DNA of 64,000 nucleotides from Lama guanicoe. Its lineage: Eukaryota. A program made the position numbers and the translations under genes. The stretch spans positions 1,141,988 through 1,205,987 of the forward strand of contig MU053588.1 of assembly GCA_013239625.1 (NCBI GenBank), read 5' to 3'. The stretch's first letter is position 1, and every line of letters begins with the position of its first letter. The notes beneath the pieces were generated by a model. That model worked only from the letters and a program-made list of their open reading frames with translations. It was not told the origin of the DNA and searched no databases. This document shows, piece after piece, positions 1 to 38,957 of this stretch.

Positions 1-11338
<11,338 letters not shown>

Positions 11339-11456
11339 GACACCCACAGCTGGCCCTTCACTCCCACTTCAAGTGCCTTATTCTTACAGCAAGCCCGTTA
11401 GTCCCCAAATCCCTCCTCCCAAGGCCGCTGGGGGAGAGGTGACCATGTGCTGTAGA

Positions 11457-11462
11457 AATAAA
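11457..11462 (+). terminator. RYR1: RYR1 polyadenylation signal AATAAA
   Basis: AATAAA about 120 nt after the RYR1 stop, followed by GT-rich sequence (GTTGTACTGGATTGTTG). Confidence 0.85.
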
Positions 11463-11587
11463 GTCTGTGCTACATCCCTGACGTTGTACTGGATTGTTGA
11501 AATTTGGGGGGGTCATAGGCATCCAGGAATTCTGCCCTCCTCCCCTCCCCCCAGAAAACCAAGATGACAGCAGAGGCTAAAATCACG

Positions 11588-11593
11588 TTTATT
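11588..11593 (-). terminator. MAP4K1: MAP4K1 polyadenylation signal AATAAA (minus strand)
   Basis: TTTATT on the + strand, about 100 nt beyond the MAP4K1 stop codon (11694-11692). Confidence 0.85.
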
Positions 11594-11691
11594 GGGAGAC
11601 ACAGGCATGTCATGATCACTATATTGTGTCCACTGGGGAGGGGAGGGGGTGCAGAGACTGATTCCTAACACCCACCCCCAACCCCAGGGAC

Positions 11692-28045
<16,354 letters not shown>

Positions 28046-31000
28046 ATGGCGATGTTTGAGCAGATGAGAGCAAACGTGGGCAAGTTGCTCAAGGGTATCG
28101 ACAGGTCTGAGTTCGGTCGTAGGGAGCGCTTCTGGCCAAGCGGGGTGGAGGAGAGGATTTTCTGGAGTCAGTAAGGGGTGGTCAGTCCTGGGCTTGCCCT
28201 GGGGTTCTCACCTATCATCCTGGAGGAGATGTTTAAGGAAATAGCATTGCAAAGACCTAAAGGCAGAAGATAGCGTTTCCTACCGCCAGTCTCCCCTTTA
28301 ATTGCCTTAATGTCTCTCTGTGTCTGCTCCTCAGTCTCTTCGTGTCTCTTAGTGCCTCTTTATCTCTCCCTTCCTTCACCTCTCTCATATTATTCATTTA
28401 ACACATGTTTACTAAAATCTAGTCTGTCAGTGCTGAGCAATGCTGCAGACCACAGTTGACCAAGACAGCCGCAGGCCATGCTTTCATGGAGTTCCCAGTT
28501 CAGAATCCAAACAAACCAAGTAGCTAGTTAGAACCAGTAGTGGTCAGGGTGTGATGAGGGGAGCTAGGCAGGAGAGGACGGGCCTAGACCAGAATGTGAT
28601 CTGGGGAGGGAAGGTAAGGGTGGGTAGCAAAGATGTCTAGGAGGCTAGGTATACAGCCTGCAATGACTTGCCGTCTGAAAGGTTGAGGAGGCAACCTAGA
28701 AAAGACCCAAGGCTCTGATGCAGTTTAGAGCTTTGGCTTAGGTCTGGGGTGTGGATAAGTTTTATTAGAAATTATAGAGCTGATTCAGTATTTGGGTAGA
28801 GCCTAAGTGGCCAGTGACAGAGCTAAAGAAAGGGAAGAAAGGAAGAGAGAGAGGAGCAGGCTACAGTGACCCTCCTCCCTGGCCCCGTAGAGTAACTGAG
28901 CTCAACTCCTGTCTCCTCCCTGTTCATCCATCTTTATTCTCTAGGTACAATCCTGAGAATCTGGCCACCCTGGAGCGCTATGTGGAGACACAGGCCAAGG
29001 AGAATGCCTATGATCTGGAAGCCAACCTGGCTGTCCTAAAGCTGTGAGTTTCTACCTCCATTCCCACCCCCATGCCAGTAGCCAGCAGGGTGCCACTCAC
29101 AACACTGGGTGGGTGGGAGTTGGGGTAGCCTGCAGGGTGTGGCTATTTTTTTTTTTCTAATTGAAGTATGGTTGATTTACAATATTACATTAGCCTCAGA
29201 TGTGAAACATAGTGGTTAAGTATTTTTATAGACTATATTTTATTTAAAGTTATAAAATATCAGTTATATTCATGTGCTGTACATTATCCTTGTATCTTAC
29301 TTATTTTATACCTAGTATTTCATACCTCTTAATCCCCTTCCCCTGTCTTTGCCTCTCCTCAACCCCACTCCCCTCTGGTAACCACTAGTTCTCTGTATCT
29401 GTGAGTCTCTCTGTTTTGTTACATTCATTTGTTTTATTTATTATTTTTTAGATTCCACATGTAAGTCAAAACATACAGTATTTGTCTTCTTTTGATTCAT
29501 TTCACTAAGCATAATAGCCTCGAGGTCCATTCATGTTGTTGCAAATGGCAAAATTTCATTCTTCTATGGCTGAGTGATACTCCATTTTGTTTGTGTTTAG
29601 GTGTCACATTGTCTTTATTGATTCATTTGTTGATGGACACTTAGGTTGTTTCCATATTTTGGCTGTTGTAAATAGTGCTACTGTGAAAATGTGCATATAT
29701 CTTTTGGAATTAGTATTTTTGTTTTCTTTGGATATATAGTCGTGAGTGGAATTGCTGGGTCACGTGGTAGTTCTGTTTTTAATTTTGTGGGGAACTTCCA
29801 TCCTGTTTTCCAAAGTGGCTGCACCAGTTTACATTTCCACCAACAAGAGTTCTCTCTTCTCCACACCTTCACCAACATTTTGTTGTTTGTTGCCTTTTTG
29901 ACGATAGCCATTCTGGCAGCTGTGAAGTAATATCTTATGGTGGTTTTGATTTGAATTTCCCTGATGATTAGCAGCGTCGAACATCTTTTCATGTGTCTGT
30001 TGGCCATCTGTACATCTTTGGGAAAATGTCTGTTCAGGTCTTCTGCCCTCTTTTTTAACAGGGTGGTTTCTTTTTGTTTGTTTGGTTTGGTTTATTTCGG
30101 ATTTTGGTATTGAGTTGTATGAACTCGTATATTTTGGATAAGATGTGGCTTCCTTTGATGTGCAGGATTAGGAAGCCAAGGAAGTTGGGGCAGGAGGAGG
30201 GATGGCTTTTTAAAAATTGGTTATAAAACATAAAGGCTAGTACATAAATACAGAGTTCAACAAGTGATTGTAAATGAACACCCACACGATCACCATCCAA
30301 ATTGCAAAGCTTTGTGTTGCTGGCGCCCCTCGTCCTTTGTCCCATATGCTTTGTGCCAACCACCCCCACCCTGTTCACCACCTTTATGCTCTCACGGCCC
30401 AGCTTTACGTGGGTTTACCGCACACGTGTGCGTCCTGGTTAGCTTAGCTCAGGTTTGCCTGCTCTGAACTGGGAGCTCTCCTGGCATCTTCCAGTCAGCC
30501 CTGGGTTTGTGAGATCCATCCCCTCTCTGTGTGGATGTGATTTGTTTGTTGTCATGGCTGTATAGTGTTCCATGTGGGACTGTTCTCCTGCTGGCGGACG
30601 TTTGATTTCTTCCGCCTTGGTGCTTTATTGATTTTTACAGATTGCATTTTTTGCTCGGTTTTGACCTGTAAAATGGAGATAACGGTGCTTGTGTTTGTGA
30701 GGTTGTTACTGGTGATAACACTGCTGAGAGAGTGCTCCCCACGTGGTAGCTTCTGTGCTGTAAGCTTTGGTGTATGAACTCTCTTAGGTGCTGTATGGCC
30801 CTTGTGAAGTAGATCTGGTTGTTACTGTCCCCTCGTGCAAGAGAGGAAACTGATGCACAGAGAGTTTAAGATAAGTAGTCCAAGGTCACTCAGCAGTGAA
30901 GTTTAACCCCAGGCAGTCTGTCTCCAGAGCCTTGACCGCTGTTCCGGACTGCTATTTAGGTGTTCATTTGTTTGTGAATCACTGGACATTGTCTGCCTTA

Positions 31001-34000
31001 CTGAGTGGCTGTGAAGATTAAATGTCGCCATCTACACAGCAGGAGAGTAGTAGGGTCAGGGAGGTTAAGGTCACACAGGCAGAGATTGGCGTGAATAGGA
31101 TTGGAGCCCAGGCATGTCTGGCTCCCAGACTCTGGGCTGAAGCAGTGGGCAGCCTGCCCTGGTGAGGCCCAGGGACCTGGGCATGCCTCTGCTACTGTGT
31201 CCCTCCTTCCCCTTCTCAGGTACCAGTTCAACCCAGCCTTCTTTCAGACCACGGTCACCGCCCAGATCCTGCTGAAGGCCCTCACCAACCTACCCCACAC
31301 CGACTTCACGCTATGCAAGTGTATGATCGACCAGGCACACGTATCCTTCCCGCTCCCGGGCCGGGTGTGGGGGAGGGCAGGTGAACTCACGGGAAAGTGG
31401 TCGGAGTTCAGCCTCGGACACCGAGTGCCTGCTCTGGGCTTAGTCCAGCGCTGGGTGGGGCTGGGGTGCTGTGGAGGCCGAGGCAGGCCCAGCCCTGTCC
31501 TCACCGAGCTCACCGTTCAGTTGTGGGGACCCGTCCCCTGTCAGTGACAGCCTGGAATAGTCAGGGCTGAGGGTTACAGGAGCCAGAGGAGGCACCTGAC
31601 CCTGCCTGGATGTGTGGAAGGCGTCCTGGAGGAGGGAAGGTCTGAGAGATGAGGAGTTGGGTGATGTGGTAGGGAAGGGTGATCCAGGCAGAGGGAACAG
31701 TATGCAGGGAAAGAAGGAGGAAAAGAATTGCTTGGTGCTATGTTTTAGAAGCAGTAGAGGAAGTTCCATACAGCTGCGCCCCAGATGTCAAAGTGGAATT
31801 CGGTCAGTTTCAAAAAGGGCACTGGGGAGCCGTGGGAGCTTTCAAGCTGCAGAGGTATATGGGTGGACTCATGCTCTAGAAAGAGTCCCACGAGGGTTCC
31901 CAGCTGGGTAAAGGCAGGAGACAGGAGGGGCTGGGGGCTGGAGCAGGAGCTGGGAGGAGCCAGCTTGTCCGCTGACCTTCGGCATATGTGTCCTCAGGGC
32001 CTGGCGCAGCATCTATCCGGCCCGGTGCTGGCCTTCAGTGAAGAAATGCTGAGGGAAAGTCAGTGAACTGGCCTGCTCACTGGCGGCTGGGCTGAGAAAT
32101 GGCTTCCTCATTGAGCCTCCTCTGCCAGGCTTGTCCATGGGAGTGCCTACCTCCAGAGAGATTGTCCCTCTTCTCCTGGGGTGTGTTCTGGTGGCTTAAA
32201 AATAGGCATGTGGTCCACTGTTAAAAGTACAACAAAGTGTGCAGTGAAAAAGCCAAGGCTTCCTCCTCCTCATCCCACAGCACCTGCTCCCCTCCCGCAG
32301 ACAGTTGTTTGCATTCTTGGGTGCTTCCCACAGAGGCCCTGTAGCTGCACAGGTGCAGGCGTGTGTTTAGATGCACAGATTTCTCCCCACGCAAATGGGG
32401 GCTGTTGCGCAAGTCATTCTGCGTCTTGCTGCTTTCACATGGTGGTGGGTCTCATCCCTTTCTCCAGGTCAATTCTGTAAGGGTTGACTCCATCTCAGCA
32501 TGTGGATGGCCCACTGTTGAATTAATGGTCCCCATCACTGGATCACTAGGTTGTCTCTTACCTTTTGCGATTCCAAACCATGCTGCAGTGAACAAGGTGG
32601 GCGCGGACGGTCTAGGATGCAGCAGCAGCCTCCTCGGGCTCCCAGGCCTTTTTCCCTTAACACCTCCTCCCAGCAAGAAGAACGGCCGATCAGGCAGATT
32701 TTGTACCTCGGAGACCTGCTGGAGACCTGCCACTTCCAGGCCTTCTGGGTAACGTCCCTTGGGTTCCTGGGGCAGAGTGGTAACTGGGTTGTGCGGGGCA
32801 GACTGCTGAAAGTCATGACCATGCACATACACTGGCAGCCTGCGTGGTGGCAGGGACTCTGCTTAGGGCTTTGCTTGTGTGATCTCATGGGACGGTCATC
32901 CTCACCCGGGGCCAGGACTCCCAGGTCGTCCCCAGTGCGCAGGCACGCACACGCGCGCACACACACACGCACACACACATACCGGTCCTTCCAGCAAAAG
33001 CTCTCCATCCTCTAAATTCTCTTTCCCTGTCTCTTGCACTAACTGAGCCTGGCCTTCCACTTCTGCAGTGGCTTCCCAAGTGCAAGGAAGGCCAGGTGGC
33101 CTCCTAGCTTCTCACTGCCACTCCCAGACTTATCTCCCCCGCTCCTCTCCCCAAGTCCCCAGCCCTGAAGCTCACCTGTTATCACTTCCTGCCCTTCTTT
33201 GTTGGTATCAGCCTCCCCACCCCCAGATGACTGCTCCTCGTTTTGTGAAGACTAGCTCATTGCCACTCTTTACTACTCCTGTCTTCATTTTTAGATGCCC
33301 GAAGAGGCAGATCAGTGATCCTTCCACCCTCCTGACCTCAGTTTCTGGATCTCTTGTTCTCCCTGTGCCCTCAGCCCCTCACCCCCAGTCACACCCTAGA
33401 CCAGTTCTCAGCACATTGGACCCTTGAGGAGTTAAAAAAACAAATACTGGTAATTGCATCCTGCCAGAGTCTAATGTGATGGGCCTGGATGTGCTCCAGG
33501 CTTTGGGATTTTAAACAATTATCCCTGGGGCTTCTGATGCGCCCTGAAGGCTGGGAGCCACTGGCCTATACTTGTCTTCACCAGTAATTGCTTCCTCTGC
33601 CCATGAATGTCAGGCATTTCCCTCCTCTGACCACTTCCTCCTAGCTTCCCAGCTCGGCCCCTTGGGTCCCAGCCCCGCATTCTTGGGCCTGACCGGCAGC
33701 CCCCATCCTCTGTCCTACATCCTCCTTCAGCCCAATCCGTGGGCTCCTCCTCTCCGCACCTGTGTCCAACAGGATGCACGAGGCTGGAGAAGAGCCCATC
33801 AGGCGCAGGTGACAATGACCCAGGTCCGGTCCTGAGCCCCTCTTGGTCTAGGGTGTTCCTCCCTCCCTGCTGTGCTAGACGGCTCTTCTCACCACCGCCC
33901 CCACCACTTTCTCCCGACCTCAACTGATGTATGTATTTACTTCTAACAGAGGTGCTGGGGATTGAACCCAGGATCTTGTGCATGCTAGGCACACACACTA

Positions 34001-37000
34001 CTGCTAAGCTGTTCCCCTTCCTCCCCTTCAACTTTTGATCTGGCTTCTCATTTCATGGCAAATTAGGAGCAGCCAAAGCTTCTGCCCCTGGCCCGCCGTC
34101 TGCCGACAGCTGACCAAATACTTTTCTGTTTCAGTGGGTGAGTTGTCCCTTCTCCTGTCGCAGGCACCCATCCTCCGGAGCATCGATGCCCTTCCCTCTC
34201 ACCCACTCAGTGGCATCACACCAGCGGTTCTCCCCATTCTCCTGTATCAGCAAACTTGGCCTTCCTGGGTTGTTCCTGTCACCACAGAACACGCCCACCC
34301 TGCAGTTAGTCCTAGCCTGAAAGAACTCTCCCTTGATCTCCACACTCCCCGCCAGCTCTGCCTCCCCTTTCCAGCTGTATTCCTGGCTGGGGGACCCACT
34401 GTCCCAGTTTGCCTGGGGCTTTCTTAGTTTTAAAGCTGCAAGTCTCAGGGGGGAGGGTACAGCTCAGTGGTAGAGCACTGGCTTAGCATGCACAAGGTCC
34501 TGGGTTCAATCTCCAGTACCGCCATTAAAATAAATAAGTAAATCTAATTACTTACACCCCCTCAAAAAAAAACATAAAAATAAAATAAAACTGCAATTCT
34601 CATATCCTAGGAAACCCTCGGTCTCAGGCGAGTCAGAACCACTGGGCAGCCTGCTCTTGGACAGGTTACCTGTGCTTAGCCTCCCTGTCTCCCCCCGGCT
34701 CACTTGCACCCACTCCATCTAGTTCACTGAGGCTTTTTTGGCCAGCCCCCTGCCCCTGAACCCCCAGCCCACGCACGGAACCGCTCTTGTCCAGATCCAC
34801 AGTGATGTCCCATTAATAGTCTGGTAGGAAGTTCTTGCCCTGTCTTCCCTGTCCAGCCAGCCGCTTCTGCTCCCTCAACACTTCCATCCCCTGGCTTCCA
34901 GGACAGCTGCTCTCCTGGCTTTCCTCCCGTTGTCCTTGCAGGTTCCTTGTGTACCTCATTAATGTTGGGGGGAGCCCCTACTGGGAAGGTGACATTTAAG
35001 CAGAAGCCTTAAGGAGGTGAGGGCGCTAGCTATGGGGGAGGAGAGTTCCAGCCCCAGAAACAGCCAGCATGAAGGCCTGGAGGTGGGTGGTGCCTGGCAT
35101 ATCGGAGAGGCAGCGAGGAGCCCCTGCGGCTGGAATGAGGGGCTGAGTGGGAGGAGGTGATGGACAGATCCTGTGAGTACTCATGAGCCACAGGAGCACC
35201 GCTGGCCTTTTCTCTGAGTGAGACGGGAGCCAAGAGGAGGTGGTTGAGTGCAGGTCGCTAATCTGTATCTGGCTCCTCTCTCGGGACTGTGTTTTCTGCC
35301 TGCCAGGTTCAAACTCCAGCTCTGGGATTTGGGGCAAAACACTTAGCTGTTCTGAGCCTTGGTTTCCTCATCCCTAAAATGGGCATTAAGAGAGTCACTG
35401 TTACATCATAAGGCGGCACACAGAAGAACCGTGATATGTGGGACGCGAACTCAGGTGTTCCCTTCTGTCATTGTTAGCGTTACACATGTTCTTGACGTTA
35501 CCGCTGTTAACATGGTTCCTCTCACAGCAAGCCCTGGATGAAAACATGGACCTCTTGGAGGGTATAACTGGCTTTGAAGACTCTGTCCGGAAATGTAAGT
35601 CCCTCCCTGAGCCCCTGCTCCCCAGGGTGGGGTAGTGGCAGTGGGGTCCTGGGGGTGGCCCTTCACCATCTCTGTCCCTTATTTCCACAGTTATCTGCCA
35701 CGTGGTGGGCATCACTTACCAGCACATCGATCGCTGGCTGCTGGCCGAGATGCTTGGGGATCTGACAGGTAAGGCCATCTCTGGGTCCCTAGTGCCAGTC
35801 TGGCAGGTCAGAGATGATTGGGCAGCGGGTCTCAGCCAGCTCCTCAGATGGCCCACCCCTGCCTCATCAGATCATTATAAAACATTCCCTTCCTTGGTGG
35901 AGATCCTGTGGCACTTATTCTTTTATTCTGCATGAATGCCTGCTCTGTGCCAGACACTGTTTGTGGCCTTGGGGACGCAGCCTTGAACAACACAGAATGG
36001 CTCAGATTCGTTCTCGTGGCAGTAGCACCACAGATAATGAATGAGGATGTATGTGTCCAGCGGGAATTCTTGTATGACAACCCCTGGAGAGGGAGGGCTG
36101 GGGGCACGTGGTGGCAAGGAGATGGCAGCATTGAACAGTTACCTCAGTGGAGTGAGGTGGGCAGCTTAAAAGAGCCCTCCAAAAAGAAAAAAAGAGTGTA
36201 TTTGCTCATTTTGCAAAAAGAACCAGGAAGGAAAATTTAAAAACTAAGGAAAGTGGTTACTCCTTGGGGAATGAGGGTGAGGGCAGAGAGGAGAGTGGTG
36301 AGTTGGGGGTGAGATCTGAGTGCCTTCTTGGATAGTTCTGCCTTTTTTGCTTGTCTGTTTTATGAGGGGGGTAATTAGGTTTACTTACTTATTTTTGGAG
36401 GAGGTACTGGCAATTGAACGAACCCAGGACCTCGTGCATGCTAAGCTTGCGCTCTACCATTTGAGCTATACTCTCCCCCCTTGGATAATTTTGCCTTTTA
36501 AGGTGGATTTTTTTGTGGGGTGTTATTTGTTTATTTTCAGTAGAAGCTAAGTTTTATTGGACAGTTTGTCTCAGGCACTATACTAAGTGCTTTACATCCA
36601 GTAGATGTTTTATGTATTTAAAAGTGAAATTAAATCAGAAGGGGATGAGACAACCCTTAGAATGGAATGTAAAGAAAAGCAGATGAATCTATCAAATTGA
36701 TAAGTGTCACGCAGAAAAGAATTATTTCAACTAATAGAACATCTCTCTGGCCAGACATCCTTGCTGGCATATTTTCTAAGAGCAAATAAGAACTGCGAAG
36801 AAATTCTCAAATCTGATGCCATAGGCATATTTACTGTTGGTGGTGGTGATGACATCATAATTTTGGAGCCATTTCATTTGGGTTGTGGTGGGGAAAGCAG
36901 ATAAGTTGTCACTAGGAGCCAGGCTGCGCACTGGAAGAGAGGAGGGGTAAATAGAAAATGAAAGGAGGCTGAGAAAAGCTCTGTAATGGGAAGGATGAGG

Positions 37001-38937
37001 AAGCTAAAGGGCTCCCTCTGGCGGCCGTTTGGAGAATGAACTATAGAAGCGCCAGGCTGGCAGCAGGAGACGAGGCCAGAAGATACTGGTGGTTTCTGGA
37101 GAACTGGGGCAAGGAGGGCACGCTGGCCATTGGCTCCCAGGCCCCCTGGTACCATGGGATCAGAGTGCCCAAAACCCCTTCATTGCTGTGTCCCCTGCAG
37201 ACAGCCAGCTGAAGGTGTGGATGAGCAAGTATGGCTGGAGCGCTGACGAGTCAGGCCAGATCTTCATTTGTAGCCAGGAAGAGAGCATTAAGCCCAAGAA
37301 CATCGTGGAGAAGATCGACTTTGACAGTGAGTGATGGCCCAAGGCCTCAGACTGTGGGGCTGAGGGGGTTCCCTTGGACAGGCCTGGACTGGGGCCCCAA
37401 AGGACCTGGATGGATATGTCCTGGTTTAGGGCTGGGGAATTTGCAATTGCCCGGCTCCCCGACCTCTTCTGTCATGGGGTCACCTGCCCAGGGAGGAGTG
37501 ATAGAGGATGCTGGGTGTCCTTCCCTAGAGTCCCAGGCACTATGTCCTGCCCTGAAGCACACAGTAAGACTTCAAGGGCCTGGGAGGAGCCTTGCAGTGT
37601 ATCCCCGCACACTCCCTGATACCAGGGGCTCTGTTCTGTTCGGGCTTCTGGGGCCTCAGCCCTGGCGTCTGCTAAAACACAGCAGAACACCAACCAGAAG
37701 TATAGGCTTTGGTTGGGCCAGAGGGGTTTAGTCATCTAATGGGTAGTGGTACTAAATGACCTGGGAAGTTCTCCTCAATTCTGAGATAATGATTCTCAGA
37801 TCTTGGTTCTCTGCTTCATAGCCATGTAACTTTGGGCGAGTGATTTTACATCTCTGTGCCTCAGTTTTCCTATCTAAAATGGGATAAATAACAGCACCAG
37901 TAATTATGACAAACACTGTGTAGTTCTTTACATTTTTTTAAGTCATTGGTCCTCGGGTCAATCCTATAAGGTAGGTGCCATTATTGTAAGTTACTGAATA
38001 ACCTGGCAACACCCACCTCCTGGAGGTGTGAATGTGAAGTCAGACAGTCCTTATGTGCCTCTTAGCACAGAGCCAGTCGCACAGCTCACTGAGCGTTGTC
38101 ACCATCATACACACACTTACCCCTCACAGACCCCACTGGTGGCTCAGCGGGAGCGACCTAGCTGCTCAGTTAGCAGCGCGCTCTCACCTTCAACGGCACG
38201 ATGTCTTGGAGAGAGAACCGGGGCTCAGGGACCGGCACTTCCTTAGGCCCTAGGTCTCCTCCCTGCCCTCTTGAGTGGGATTCTGGTATTTTAAAGATAC
38301 CGATTAGTATAGTGGCCTCTTAGTACAGGCCAGCTAAGTGGGTACTTAATGAGGAACCAGATTGAGTGGGCAGTCTCTCCACACCTGGGGGCTGTGGACC
38401 CTCACTCAACATGAGACATGCCCACTGGGTTGGGGAACTCGGCGGAGCAAATGTTCTGCAGCGAGGAGATGCAAGCTCAGCACTCAGGGTCTGTTGCAAA
38501 TAGTACATAGTAAGTGTTGTTATGATAGTAACATACTTTACATGACAGTAAATGATGTGATGATGAAGACAGCAGACAGCACTTAGGTAGTACCAGGCCT
38601 TGTTCTAAGCACATCATTTAATGCCACAATCCTATAGGGTGGACGGTGCTTACAGATGGGGAAACTGATGCTTAGTAATTGGCTGGAGGTCACCCACCTG
38701 GTACTGGGCAGAGCTCCAATTTGAACCTAGGCCTCCTTGTTCCAGAGTCCAGGCTTTTAACTACTGCCTTTGTGTTGGTGACTGAGGCCGGCAGGGGTTT
38801 ATGATCACCTGTCCCCAAAGAACTGTGGGCACTGTGGTTGGTGGCTGTAGGTTCATTTCCCATTCTTCCAACATTGACCTCGGTGCTCCCTTCTCTTCTC
38901 AACAGGTGTGTCCAGCATCATGGCCTCCTCCCAGTAA
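28046..38937 (+). CDS. EIF3K: Eukaryotic translation initiation factor 3 subunit K (218 aa)
   Basis: Exons 28046-28104, 28945-29043, 31220-31340, 32674-32748, 35528-35594, 35691-35768, 37201-37326, 38906-38937 total 657 nt. Translation [62 protein letters not shown]...[22 protein letters not shown]. Confidence 0.98.
29145..30141 (-). mobile_element. 5'-truncated LINE-1 (ORF2 C-terminal end and 3' UTR) in EIF3K intron 2
   Basis: Poly(T) at about 29146-29156. ORF 29678-30007(-) reads [23 protein letters not shown]...[13 protein letters not shown]...DPAIPL, typical of the L1 ORF2p C-terminus. Possible short TSD TGTGGCT on both sides. Confidence 0.9.
31341..32673 (+). other. EIF3K: U12-type (minor spliceosome) GT-AG intron, EIF3K intron 3
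   Basis: 5' splice site |GTATCCTTCC matches the U11 consensus GTATCCTT. Branch site CCTTAAC at 32655-32661 ends 12 nt before the exon 4 start. Confidence 0.92.
33930..34026 (-). mobile_element. tRNA-derived SINE (Vic-1-like), diverged
   Basis: GAGGTGCTGGGGATTGAACCCAGGATCTTGTGCATGCTAGGC is the reverse complement of the family head. Confidence 0.75.
34448..34585 (+). mobile_element. tRNA-derived SINE (Vic-1-like) with target-site duplication
   Basis: GGGAGGGTACAGCTCAGTGGTAGAGC...GGTTCAATCTCCAGTACC with A-rich tail. Imperfect TSD TAAAGCTGCAAGTCTCA / TAAAACTGCAATTCTCA. Confidence 0.85.
36347..36479 (-). mobile_element. tRNA-derived SINE (Vic-1-like) with target-site duplication
   Basis: Reverse-complement family head. 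Flanking direct repeats CTTGGATAGTTCTGCCTTTT / CTTGGATAATTTTGCCTTTT. Confidence 0.85.
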
Positions 38938-38951
38938 CTTTGCAGGCATTT

Positions 38952-38957
38952 AATAAA
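38952..38957 (+). terminator. EIF3K: EIF3K polyadenylation signal AATAAA
   Basis: AATAAA 14 nt after the TAA stop, with T/GT-rich sequence downstream. Confidence 0.85.

Noticed and set aside
34448..34525. tRNA-Ala-like sequences as genuine tRNA genes
   Set aside because: All copies have mismatched stems, A-rich tails and often TSDs, so they are SINEs.
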